The notes below the pieces were generated by a model that saw only the letters and a list, made by a program, of their open reading frames with translations, did not search any database and had not been told where the DNA came from. DNA of 64,000 nucleotides, taken from Malacoraja senta (Eukaryota). Both the position numbers and the translations under genes were made by a program. Each line of letters starts with the position of its first letter. Position 1 is the stretch's first letter. Of the stretch, positions 1 to 22,412 are shown one piece after another. The stretch spans positions 2,976,001 through 3,040,000 of the forward strand of contig CM075991.1 of assembly GCA_038087875.1 (NCBI GenBank). The letters are read 5' to 3'.

Positions 1-659
1 ACTCAACTTCTTCCCAGGACAGACATTCTGGAGCCATGATCCTCATGGTCTTTGATGTCAAGCAAGTTTTGCAAAGGCAGAAATCCTCCATTTTGTCAGG
101 CACTTAAAATGCCCAATATTATCAGATCTACTCCCCAAATCCTGATTCCAAGAAGCTTTATGGATGTGGACGTCAAACAGAAGTTGAATATAAAAAAAAG
201 ACACTAAGTGCTGGAGTAACTCAACGGGTCAGGCAGCATGTCTGGGGAACATGAATAGGTGACAGTTCGGGTTACCGATCCGAAATGTCACCTATCCATG
301 CTCTCCAGAGATGCTGCCTGACCCACTGAGTTAGTTACTCCAGCAATTTCTGTCCTTTTGTGTTGAAGCTTACAAGCAGTGATCCTCTTTGAAATCAGCA
401 GCTGTGTATAAACAGGATAGTGCACAGCAGGAAGCCACTTAGCACATGGTCTCGAAACTGATCATATTTGTGCGCTGATTATTTTTTTAATGTATAATTA
501 TATGGAGGTATTTGTTGGAAAGATTTGGGGGCATCGTGGAGCCAAGCCTGTGAATACATGGATGGAGAGAGAAAATCAGTGGGCATTGAGTGTATACATG
601 GAAGGTAGACACCTCTCACTAATGCCAGGACCCATCAGATTCTGCAACACTCTGACATA

Positions 660-866
660 CAGTGCCCTCCATAATGTTTGGGACAAAGACCCATCATTTA
701 TTTATTTGCCTCTGTACTCCACAATTTGAGATTTGTAATAGAAAAAAATCACATGTGGTTAAAGTGCACATTGTCAGATTTTATTAAAGGATATTTTTTT
801 ATATTTTGGTTTCCCCATGTAGAATTTACAGCTGTGTTTATACATAGTCCCCCCTATTTCGAGGGA
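660..866 (+). mobile_element. Tc1/mariner-like terminal arm (fragment)
   Basis: TA|CAGTGCCCTCCATAATGTTTGGGACA start typical of a Tc1-type TIR; partner arm not seen. Confidence 0.6.
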
Positions 867-899
867 CTACACCGACAGCACCAGAGGTCAGGATAGAAC

Positions 900-1830
900 T
901 GGGTCATAGAGTCATCCAACATTCGGCCCACCTTGCTCATGCTGACCAGTGTCCCAACCACACTAGCCCCACCTAGCCGCGTTTGGTCCATAGCTCTAGA
1001 AACCTTTCCTATCCATGTCCAAATGTCTTTCAAATGTTGTTATAGTTTCTGCCTCGACTGCCTTTTCCAGCAGCTCGTTCCATAGACCCACCATCGTCTG
1101 TTTGAAAAAGTTGCCCCTCAGATTCCTATTAAATCTTTCCCCTCCCACCTTAAAACTATGTCCTCTGATTCTTAATTTCCCTACTCTGGGTAAAAGACTC
1201 TGTACATCTACCCTCAACACCCTTATGATCTTATACACCTCTATAAGATCACCTCTCATCCTTTTACACTCCATGTAATACACTCTGAGCCTGCCCAACA
1301 TCTCCCTATAGCTCAGGCCCTCAAGTCCTGGCAACATTCTTGAAAATCTTCCAGCTATTTCCAGCTTAAAAACATCTTTCCCATAACAGGGTGACCAAAA
1401 TGAACACGATACTCCAACTGTGGCCTCATCAGCACCTTGTGTAGCTGTAACATAGCATTCCAAATTCTATATCCTACCTTGAGTGATGAAGGCCAAAGTG
1501 TCAAAGGCCTTCTTGACCATCTTACCTACCTATGACGCCACTTTCAAGGAACAATGAACCTGCACCTCTAGATCTCTCTGCTCTACAACGCTACCGAGCC
1601 CTTTCATTTTTTCTACGAAGGAATTGCCCTGGTTAGACTTCACATTTATCTGCATTAAACGCCCTTAACTATTCTTCTGCCCACTTGCCCAACTGATCAA
1701 GATCCTTTGATAACCATCTTAGCCATCTACAATCCCACCCACTTTAGTGTCATTTGCAAACTTACTAATTATGCTTTGTACGTTCTCATCCAAATCGGTG
1801 ATATAAATTACAAACAGCAATGGGCCCAGG
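900..1830 (-). mobile_element. CR1-type LINE 3' fragment, degenerate
   Basis: ORF remnants [13 protein letters not shown]...RGHSFKV...RGNFFKQ of the CR1 ORF2 C-terminus. Confidence 0.85.
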
Positions 1831-1933
1831 TGTCTGACACCATGAGGCAATAGCTCTATCAAGCTCTGCCAATTCTTCCCCAAGGGATAAACAGCATTTG
1901 AATCACTGAACCTTCATTTGCTTCTGTTGCCAG

Positions 1934-2077
1934 GCTCGGTATTCTGGTTGTTCGACACTTGAAGCGGCTGCAGAGGGTGATTCTTGGATATCTGGAGGTG
2001 TACGATGGACCTGAGGAAACAGCCAGGCTCTGTGTTCTGCAGGCGTTCCAAAGCATGATCCAACAGGCCTGGCCCAG
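1934..2077 (+). CDS. TTI2: TTI2 coding exon (antepenultimate)
   Basis: ccag|GCTCGGT...CCCAG|gtacc; 144 nt; LGILVVRHLKRLQRVILGYLEVYDGPEE...AWPR. Confidence 0.92.
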
Positions 2078-5000
2078 GTACCAAGTCATCAAATGTTACG
2101 GGGAGAAGGCAGGAGAATGGGGTTAATGGAAAAATGGATCAGCCGTGATCGAATGGCAGAACAGACTTGATGGGCCGAACAGCCTAATTCTGCTCCTATG
2201 TATTACGATCTTATGACCATGAAACTAAAAAGTCAGAGTACATTATGCATCACCAACCTTTCTTTCTCTTTGTTTCTCATTATTGAACAGAATGTCCATG
2301 AGGCTGGAGATTTTGCTTAAATCCTTGCTCAGATTCATCTATGATGTGGCAACTGACCAGAGCCCAACACCACCCCGGGTGAGGGAGGAGCTGTTACAGG
2401 ATGCCACCCAGTGCTTGATTCTGCTCAATCGCTGTTGTGAGCGTAAAGTAACGGTGAGTTGTGTACAGTGACTACCAGCACATTTGGCATTTGTTAGTTT
2501 ACGGCAGGGGTGGGCAACCTTGTTCTGCATAGGTGCCAGGACGCATGTCTGTGAGTGGATGGCGGGCCACATCTATCACGTGTACATATGGACCCCGCCT
2601 CCACCCCGGATGGCAGGCATCAAATCACGTGTTCACAGAAGGTAAACAAAAATGCTGGAGAAACTCAGTGGGTGAGGCAGCCTCATGCATTCCTTGCATG
2701 TCTCACCTGCTGAGTTTCTCCAGCATTTTTGTCTACCTTTGATTTTTCCAGCATCTGCAGTTCTTTCTTAAACGTGTTCACAGAAGGTGCGGGGCCGTGC
2801 CGGCGGCTTTGCGCAGGATGCGGTACAGCCAGAGCTTGGCGGACGGATGATTTCGGGTTACGGGCCGCATTCGGCCCGGGGGCCGTAGGTTGCCGACCCC
2901 TGGTTTACAGCATGGAAAAAGGCCCTTTGATCCACCATAGATCACCCGTTCACACTAGTTTTATATATGCCCACTCTCTCATTCACTCTTTACAACACAT
3001 TGGAGGTAATTGTAAGAGGCCAATTAACCCTCAAACCCACACATCTTTTTGGGATGTGGAAAGAAACCGGAGCACCCGGATGCAACCCACAAGGTCAGAT
3101 GGAGAACGTGCAAACTCCATACAGACAGCACCCAAGGTCAGGATTGAACCTGGGTCTCTGGCACTGTACGGCAGTAGCTCTACCAGCTGATCCACTGAGC
3201 CGCTCATTTGTCTTGACTAAGGTTTTCCGCATAACCAAAGCTTCAAAAACAGTAACTCATTACCTCCGTGTTCGGCTGCGCCTGTTAGTAATAGTCACAG
3301 TGTGGAAACAGACCCTTCTTGCCCACACCTACCAACATGTCCCATCTACACCATTCCCACCTGCCTGCATTTGGCCCATATCCGTCTAACCCTGTCCTAT
3401 CCATGTAGTTGTCTAAATGTTTCTTAAACATTGTGATAGTACCTGCCTTAATTACCTCCTCTGGCAGCTCGTTCCATACCCCCGCCACACTGTGTAGAAA
3501 AAGTTTCTCCTCAGGTTCCTATTAAATCTTAATAGGAACCTCAACTTAAACCCATGTCCTCTAGTTCTCGATTCTCTGGGCAAGAGACTGTGCGTCTACC
3601 TCTCATGATTATGTATAACTCTATAAACTATTCATCCTCCTGCGCTCCAAGGAATAGAGTCCTAGCCTGCTCCACCTTCCCCTATCGCTCAGGCCCTCGA
3701 GTCCTGGCAACATCCTCAGAACTCTTCTCTGCACCCTTTACAACATCTTTCCTATAACATGGTGCCCAGAACTGAACACAATACTCTAAATGCGGCCTCA
3801 CCAACATCTTATCCAACTTCAATACACATTGGAGCATTCTTGTCTCTGAAGTTGTAATTCAAGTGCATAGATAAAGTGATAGGATAGAGGATTCTAAAAC
3901 TAGAGGGCACAGGCTTAAAGTGAGTGATTAGAAGGGACCTCAGAGGCAACTTTTTCACTCTGGCTAGTCCATATCTGGAATGAGCTGTACATTTACAACT
4001 TTTAAAAGGCATTTGGACAGGTACATTGCTAGAAGAATATGGGCCAAATGCAGGCAGGTGGGACTGGTGTACACAGGGCATCTTGGTCGAAGTGGGCAAG
4101 TTGGGCCAAAGGGCCTGTTAACATGCTATATGACATTGGACAGGTATATGAATAGGAAGAGTTTAGAGAGATATGGGTCAAATGCAGGAAAATGGGACTA
4201 GCCAAGTATGCCAACTTGGTCAGCATGAACAAGTACAGCTAACCCCAAGTTAGGCACTTAGGGGTGCTTTCAGTGGTGTACAAGGGGGAGTGTTCAACAT
4301 GTGCTTTATCTGGGACATATGCAACTGCACAGTGAAATTATTTTTGCATGTATTACACATGGTAGCACCGCCATTATTCAAAGTCCAAAAACTGGTCGGC
4401 ACACGCCCTCGATGTACTGAAGCAGTTTCCGCTAACTGATGTCCCCCTCTTCTCCTGTCTTTTGAAAGATGGTACAATAGTGGTACAACTGGAAGTCGTA
4501 GTTGTCATCGTGGTTGAGGGCCCTAGCATACACTGCCACCTGTCAAAGGTGTTTCGAATCAAATGGATCGGAAGGTGGGGAGCAGCAAGCTCAATGTTCT
4601 GCGCTGAGGCTGGGTAGGGGGGGCGAGGAGCAGCTCGTATCCTTTCCCAGCCAGTGACAGAGGTCACGCACCCTGCCCCGCTGCACTGATGGAGGTGCTC
4701 TCTTCTAGCTGAGGCATTAAACTGAGACCCTGTTTGCCCACTTTAGTGAATGGAAGATTAATTTGTAATTAAGAATGTAATTTTAAAAATTTACTTCAAT
4801 CACAACATTCTAACAAAACCACTTTTCATAATTGAGCTTTTGCAAAATACATTTTTATTCAAAGATAATAACATATTTTAAAATACTGAAATAACCTAAT
4901 TGATTTTACACATCCAGGAGTCTTGCTGGTTGTGGCAGCTGCTGACAATACTCGTTGTTAAAATTTACCCTCTGAGGGTCAATGGAAACTGCACTAGAGC

Positions 5001-5351
5001 TGTCAGAATTGGACCAGAGCAGGCTTCAAGAAAGTTTGGATCTGATACAATTATGCTTAAAATATGTTGTTAGATACATGGATAGGAAAGGTTTCAAGGG
5101 ATCTGGGGCAAATGCAGGCATATGGGACTAGCTCCGATAGATATCTTGTCAATATAGGACAGTTGCTGTATAATTCTTACTCAGTTCTTGTATTGCAACA
5201 ATCCAATGCCACTTGATTCCATCAAACAATCTGCAGCCAAAATAATTTGCGTCAACTCTTTGATCTTTAGGTTCTCCTGGAAGGAGTGCGCCAGAACTGC
5301 GAGAATGCAACAGTGCTGGAGTGCCTGCTCAGGGTGCAGCAAGACGTGTAA
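1934..5351 (+). CDS. TTI2: TELO2-interacting protein 2, 3' part (last three coding exons; 5' exons lie outside the window)
   Basis: Exons 1934-2077, 2291-2453 and 5271-5351 are all AG/GT bounded and in phase. They translate to LGILVVRHLKRLQRVILGYLEVYDGPEETARLCVLQAFQSMIQQAWPR-MSMRLEILLKSLLRFIYDVATD...LLQDATQCLILLNRCCERKVT-VLLEGVRQNCENATVLECLLRVQQDV*, matching the recalled vertebrate TTI2 C-terminus. Convergent with MAK16, as in human. Confidence 0.92.
2291..2453 (+). CDS. TTI2: TTI2 coding exon (penultimate)
   Basis: acag|AATGTCC...GTAACG|gtgagt; 163 nt; phase fits both neighbours. Confidence 0.92.
2505..2902. mobile_element. hAT (Charlie-like) MITE carrying a nested insertion
   Basis: TIRs CAGGGGTGGGCAAC / GTTGCCGACCCCTG; 8-bp TSD gtttacgg (2497-2504) / gtttacag (2903-2910). 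Confidence 0.85.
2910..3200 (-). mobile_element. tRNA-derived V-SINE (HE1-like)
   Basis: tRNA-like head and V-domain GGTGCTGTCTGT..GGAGTTTGCACGTTCTCC on the minus strand. Confidence 0.75.
4678..4760 (+). mobile_element. DeuSINE (Deu-domain)-like fragment
   Basis: gctgcactgatggaggtgctctcttctagctgaggcattaaactgagaccctgtttgccc resembles the recalled Deu-domain consensus. Confidence 0.5.
5271..5351 (+). CDS. TTI2: TTI2 terminal coding exon
   Basis: ctttag|GTTCTCCTG...GTG TAA; AATAAA at 5387-5392. Confidence 0.82.
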   Translation, partial: VLLEGVRQNCENATVLECLLRVQQDV

Positions 5352-6477
5352 CAATTATTGTGAGAACTGTATCTGTACAGAACTGTAATAAACATATGGC
5401 CAAAACTTTGTAGTCACGATCCATCTCACTGCAAGTCCATCATAAAATACAGACATTGACCCTGCAACTCACTATGGCTGGGTCACATTTGCTTGTTCAG
5501 ACTCAGTCAGTTAAGTTACAGGAAACCATGGCTCAGTGTTTGCTCTCTCATTCTCAAATATTATTTTTACACAAAAACTCAACATATTAAATCAAATGAA
5601 ACAGATAACAGCTGTGTGGGGGAAATAATTAAAAAAATTAAGGAGGCATTTGAAGTCACGAGTGTTCGATGGAAAGAAAGAAAGCATGATTGGAGTGCAG
5701 AGATCTCAATGCCAAGGGCTGAAATTTAAAGCTAGACAACTGAGAAAGCTCAAATATTGATGGTGCCATTGGACTGACTTGCCTCCTCAGGTCTTGTGTA
5801 TAGAAAATCTATTTAATTCTGAGAAAAATTTTGCACTGATACTGAATACAGGAATAGTTACCTGATTCCAACATATTTGCCCAACACATATTGCCCAAGT
5901 ATGGTAATTCTGTGAGAGAAGTCTCACAGTGACAGTCCCTTCCATTGCCAAAGTCTATAGATGTGCACAAGCTACTCTGAGGGTATTAGCAGGATATTCA
6001 GAGGAGAAGGTACACCTCAACATCGCTGACAAACAGCAGGGAATTCAACTGGACCATGAGACTTGGTGTTGCACCAGAGAGAACACTAGGGAATTATTTT
6101 TTAAAAGAACAGTGGGAATTCTCGCAACATTTTTCTCAATTTAACTGTAGAGAACAGGTTACAACCTCACCTGTCGAAGGTTTGGTCAGAGATATAGTAT
6201 AGCATGGTAAGGCAAGCTGTTCTGACGACAATATTAGAGTCACTGGAAAACCTTTCCACACCTACGTAGTTCACTTGCGTCTTTATTCATAATTTTAAAC
6301 AAAGGGCAGAATCCGAGTATCGCGTTGCAAGGATGTTTAAGTCCTTGCTTTCTCTCCTGTTGAAGCAGCAACAACGCTGCTCTGCTGAGATGACCATTCA
6401 AGATACTTTAAATATCTGCAATGAAGATACTGTCCACATTTCAGTGTAAGCAAGACCCTGTGGTTCACAGGCGGTCG

Positions 6478-18799
<12,322 letters not shown>

Positions 18800-18826
18800 G
18801 GCGCCGCTGGCGGGGTCTCGGGGTCA

Positions 18827-19260
18827 CCGCCGCCTCACACCGACACCGTCTCCTCACACGGGCCGCCGCCGCCTCACACCGACACCGTCTCCTCACACGG
18901 GCCGACACCGCCGCCGTCTCCTCGTGCCGCCACCGACGCCGCCTCACACCGACTCCTCACACGGGCCGACACCGCCGCCGCCTCACACCGACACCGTCTC
19001 CTCACACGGGCCGACACCGCCGCCGCCTCACACCGACACCGTCTCCTCACACGGGCCGACACCGCCGCCGCCTCACACCGACACCGTCTCCTCACACGGG
19101 CCGACACCGCCGCCGCCTCACACCGACACCGTCTCCTCACACGGGCCGACACCGCCGCCGCCTCACACCGACACCGTCTCCTCACACGGGCCGACACCGC
19201 CGCCGCCTCACACCGACACCGTCTCCTCGTGCCGCCACCGACGCCGCCTCACTGACACTG
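18827..19260. repeat. 45-bp GC-rich minisatellite directly upstream of the MAK16 start codon
   Basis: Unit acgggccgacaccgccgccgcctcacaccgacaccgtctcctcac starts at 18961, 19006, 19051, 19096, 19141 and 19186, with degenerate units from 18827 to 18960. Confidence 0.95.
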
Positions 19261-19289
19261 ACGCTCGCGGGCTCCGCGCACAACCGGTC

Positions 19290-19400
19290 AGTCTCCGCCA
19301 CGCGCCGCCGCCATTTGCCGCGCCGCTCTCGCGAGAGCTGAGCTCTCTCCTCCGCCCACGTGCGGCCCCGGGTGTGATACCTGGTGGCGGCCACTGTTCT
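19290..19400 (-). promoter_or_regulatory. MAK16 CpG-island promoter core
   Basis: CpG-rich; YY1-like CCGCCATTTG at about 19308-19317; TCTCGCGAGA palindrome (BANP/ZBTB33 motif) 19327-19336; GC box 19352-19357; E-box CACGTG 19357-19362. Confidence 0.7.
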
Positions 19401-19438
19401 ATCGGCTGCTCCACGGCTCCGCCTTCCACTGTCATAGC

Positions 19439-19453
19439 CAAAGAGTATCTTTG
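19439..19453. mobile_element. 15-bp mini-element CAAAGA-gta-TCTTTG with 8-bp TSD
   Basis: gtcatagc (19431-19438) and gtcatagc (19454-19461) flank it exactly. Confidence 0.7.
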
Positions 19454-19500
19454 GTCATAGCTACATCAAAGATCCTATAGCGAGCAACCTCATAGGAACT

Positions 19501-20121
19501 TTCCCTTGCAACCGCAAGAGATGCAACACTTGTCCCTTCACTTCCCCCCTCCACTCCATTCAAGGACCCAAGCAGTCGTTCCAGGTGCGATAGAGGTTCA
19601 CCTGCATCTCCTCCAACCTCATCTATTGCATTCGCTGCTCTAGATGCCAGCTGATTGATCTACATCGGTGAGACCAAGCGGAGGCTTGGCGATCGTTTCG
19701 CCGAACACCTCCGGTCGGTCCGCAATAACCAACCTGAACTCCCGGTGGCTCAGCACTTCAACTCCCCCTCCCATTCCGTATCTGACCTCTCTGTCCTGGG
19801 TCTCCTCCATGGCCACAGCGAGCAACACCGTAAATTGGAGGAAATGCACCTCATATTCCGCTTGGGCAGTCTACATCCTGGTGGCCTGAACGTTGAATTC
19901 TCCCAATTCTGCTAGCCCTGGCTGTCCCCTCCCCTTCATCAGCCATCTGGTTGTCTCCTCCCCTCCCCCAGCCCTCGGGCTCCTCCTCCACCTTTTCCTT
20001 TTTTCCTTTCTTCTCCCCACCCCCTATCAGTCTGAAGAAGGGTTTCGGCCCGAAACGTTACCTATTTCCTTCGCTCCATAGATGCTGCTGCACCCGCTGA
20101 GTTTCTCCAGCATTTTTGTGT
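19501..20121 (+). mobile_element. Penelope-like 3' fragment (GIY-YIG plus tail) with 15-bp TSD
   Basis: IYIGETKRRLGDRFAEHLRSV...HLIFRLGSLHPGGLNVEFS; flanked by aacctcataggaact at 19486-19500 and 20122-20136. Confidence 0.9.
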
Positions 20122-20289
20122 AACCTCATAGGAACTTCTGCTTCTTAAGATAAGATAAGATAAGATATACCTTTAATAATCCTTTACAGGAAATTACAGT
20201 GCCACGACAGCTTCAAGACAGACATAACACCACACATTCCCCAAATAGCTTCCATACTTAACAAGTTAAAATTTTTGGAGTCTTTAACT

Positions 20290-20875
20290 CTTCTTTGGAG
20301 TTTTACGGCAGCCGGCATCCGCAATGTTGCATTGCTGCCACCTTCTGTCTTCATTCCACCGTAGTACTCATGTCTTTACACTATATCATTTTTATAAGCC
20401 CAGAGGCCCTCAAAAAAATCAAACAACAACTTTATTCCTTTTCCTTTCCCTCCACACTCTAGAATGTTCTTTACTGATATTTCTGTCAATCCAATTTTCC
20501 TCATTTCAATGATCATCAGTCCTCTTTCTGTCTCGTATCTCCTACATGCAATTAGGGCATGCTGAACTGTTTCTGGCTGATGGCATTCTTCACACAGCCC
20601 AGTAGGGTGTTTTCCCAATATTTTTAATGTGCTGTTCAGGTGAGTGTGTCCTATCCTCAATCTTGATAATACTACCTGTTCCCCCCTCTTCTTGCTGTAA
20701 TGCCCACTCTAGCGTATAGAGGTGTCTCCCCTTTGTCTCCTGTTCCCTGATTTCCTGATTTATTTTCTTCCACACAATGTGTTTTCCTTCAGATTTGGAT
20801 AGTTGTAAGTTCACCTCTACGTTTCTTTTTTTTACAGCCTCCTTTGCCAATTTATCCACCTTTTCATTCCCTAGA
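20290..20875 (-). mobile_element. I/Nimb-clade LINE 3' fragment (RNase H end plus CCHC zinc knuckle)
   Basis: GNEKVDKLAKEA; RIGHTHLN...GLCEECHQPETVQHALIACRRY. Confidence 0.75.
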
Positions 20876-22412
20876 AACCTCATAGGATCTTTGCTGCACA
20901 TTTCTTTTAAACTTTCCCTTCAATGCTTCAGAGCAAATAATCCAAGTTTGTCTAATCCATGCAGCATTCTGATAAACCTCGCTGCACCCTCTCCAAAGCC
21001 TTCACGTCCTTCCTGTGGTAGACAAAAGTGCTGGAGAAACTCAGCGGGTGCAGCAGCATCTATGGAGCGAAGGAAATAGGCAACGTTTTGGGCCTAAACC
21101 CTTCTTCAGACTCCCAGCTTCCAGCATCTGCAATCTGCTTCTTCCAGCATCTGCAGTTCCTTCTTAAACACATCCTTCCTGTAATGGGACGACCAGAACT
21201 GTACACAATACCCCAAATGCAGCCTATCTAAAATGTTATAAAGCTGCAACATGGCTTCCTGACACTTATACCCATTGCCCCAAATGATGAAGGCAAGCAT
21301 ACCTCACACCTTGTTGCCACTATCTAATTGCAGGGGGTTAGGGACGTGTGCCAAGATCCCTCTGCACATCATTGCTGTGTCTTACCATTTTTCCCTTACA
21401 TTCAACCTCACAAGGTTTTTTTCACTTACATGCAACACCTCACAATTGTTCAGATTAAACTCCATCTGCCATTTCTCCTCCCATTTCTGTAGCTGATCTA
21501 AATCTCACTGTATTTTTTGATAGCCTTCCTCACTGTCCGCAACTCCACCAATTCAACCAAACCTTCCACCACACCTCGCTGTCGTCTGTGGGTAAATCAG
21601 TTATGAATCCAAATTACCCAGTCACCATTGGTCCCATGCATCTTAATCTTGCACGGAGTATTTAAAAGTAAGGATTTCTCTTTCCTCTGAAAGCAAAACG
21701 CAAAGTGCTGGAGGACAGCAGGCCGGGCAGCACGTGTAGAAGAAAATGGACAGACAACATTTTGGACAGCCCTTTAGGATCTGCTGTCATTCCAGTTTCA
21801 TGGATTCTGAGGTGGTTAATGAAGCCAATGTGAGGGAAAGGTGATTGCTGATGGGCCGGGTGGCCACAGGTTTGTGAGGAAGATCTCTCAATTGGTGACC
21901 CCAAAATCACGATACCATCCCAAATGGCCCTTTTTCCACTTTGAGCTATCACAGACCAGAGGTTCAAATGAGTCAATGAATTCTTCAAGGCTTTGAGGAC
22001 ATCCTGTAATCTCTTCTGAAGAAGAGTCCTGACCCAAAACGTCTGTTGTCAGGCTTTTGAACAGTCCTTCCATAAGTTAGGATACTGTTCGTTTCACCTT
22101 GACCACTTTGCAGAATTCTTCTTCGTCTTGCGAATAGCATGTACAACATAAAGGTGTAAGACGACTTGTTCTGTTTGATCTTCTGTTTGAATCCGCCAGG
22201 TTGATTGCATTCGTCGAAACAGGGCAGACTACATGAAGGTTGCCATCTCCCACCCCACTTTGCAGACAATGGAATTTGTCTCTGGAACTGGTGCGCCACA
22301 ATGTTGAGAACTATATTCTGCACTCTATATATTTCCTTTCGCTCCATATGTAGTACTTGAGTTTCACTTGATTGCATCGACATATAGTATTATCTGATTT
22401 TACTATACCTTG

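Noticed and set aside
18961..19230. CRISPR-like appearance of regular repeats
   Set aside because: Head-to-tail identical units without unique spacers, in a vertebrate context with no cas genes.
21660..22385. Several overlapping short minus-strand ORFs in unique-looking sequence
   Set aside because: No recognisable domain or consistent splice phases; one ORF runs through a repeat-tail motif at 22017.
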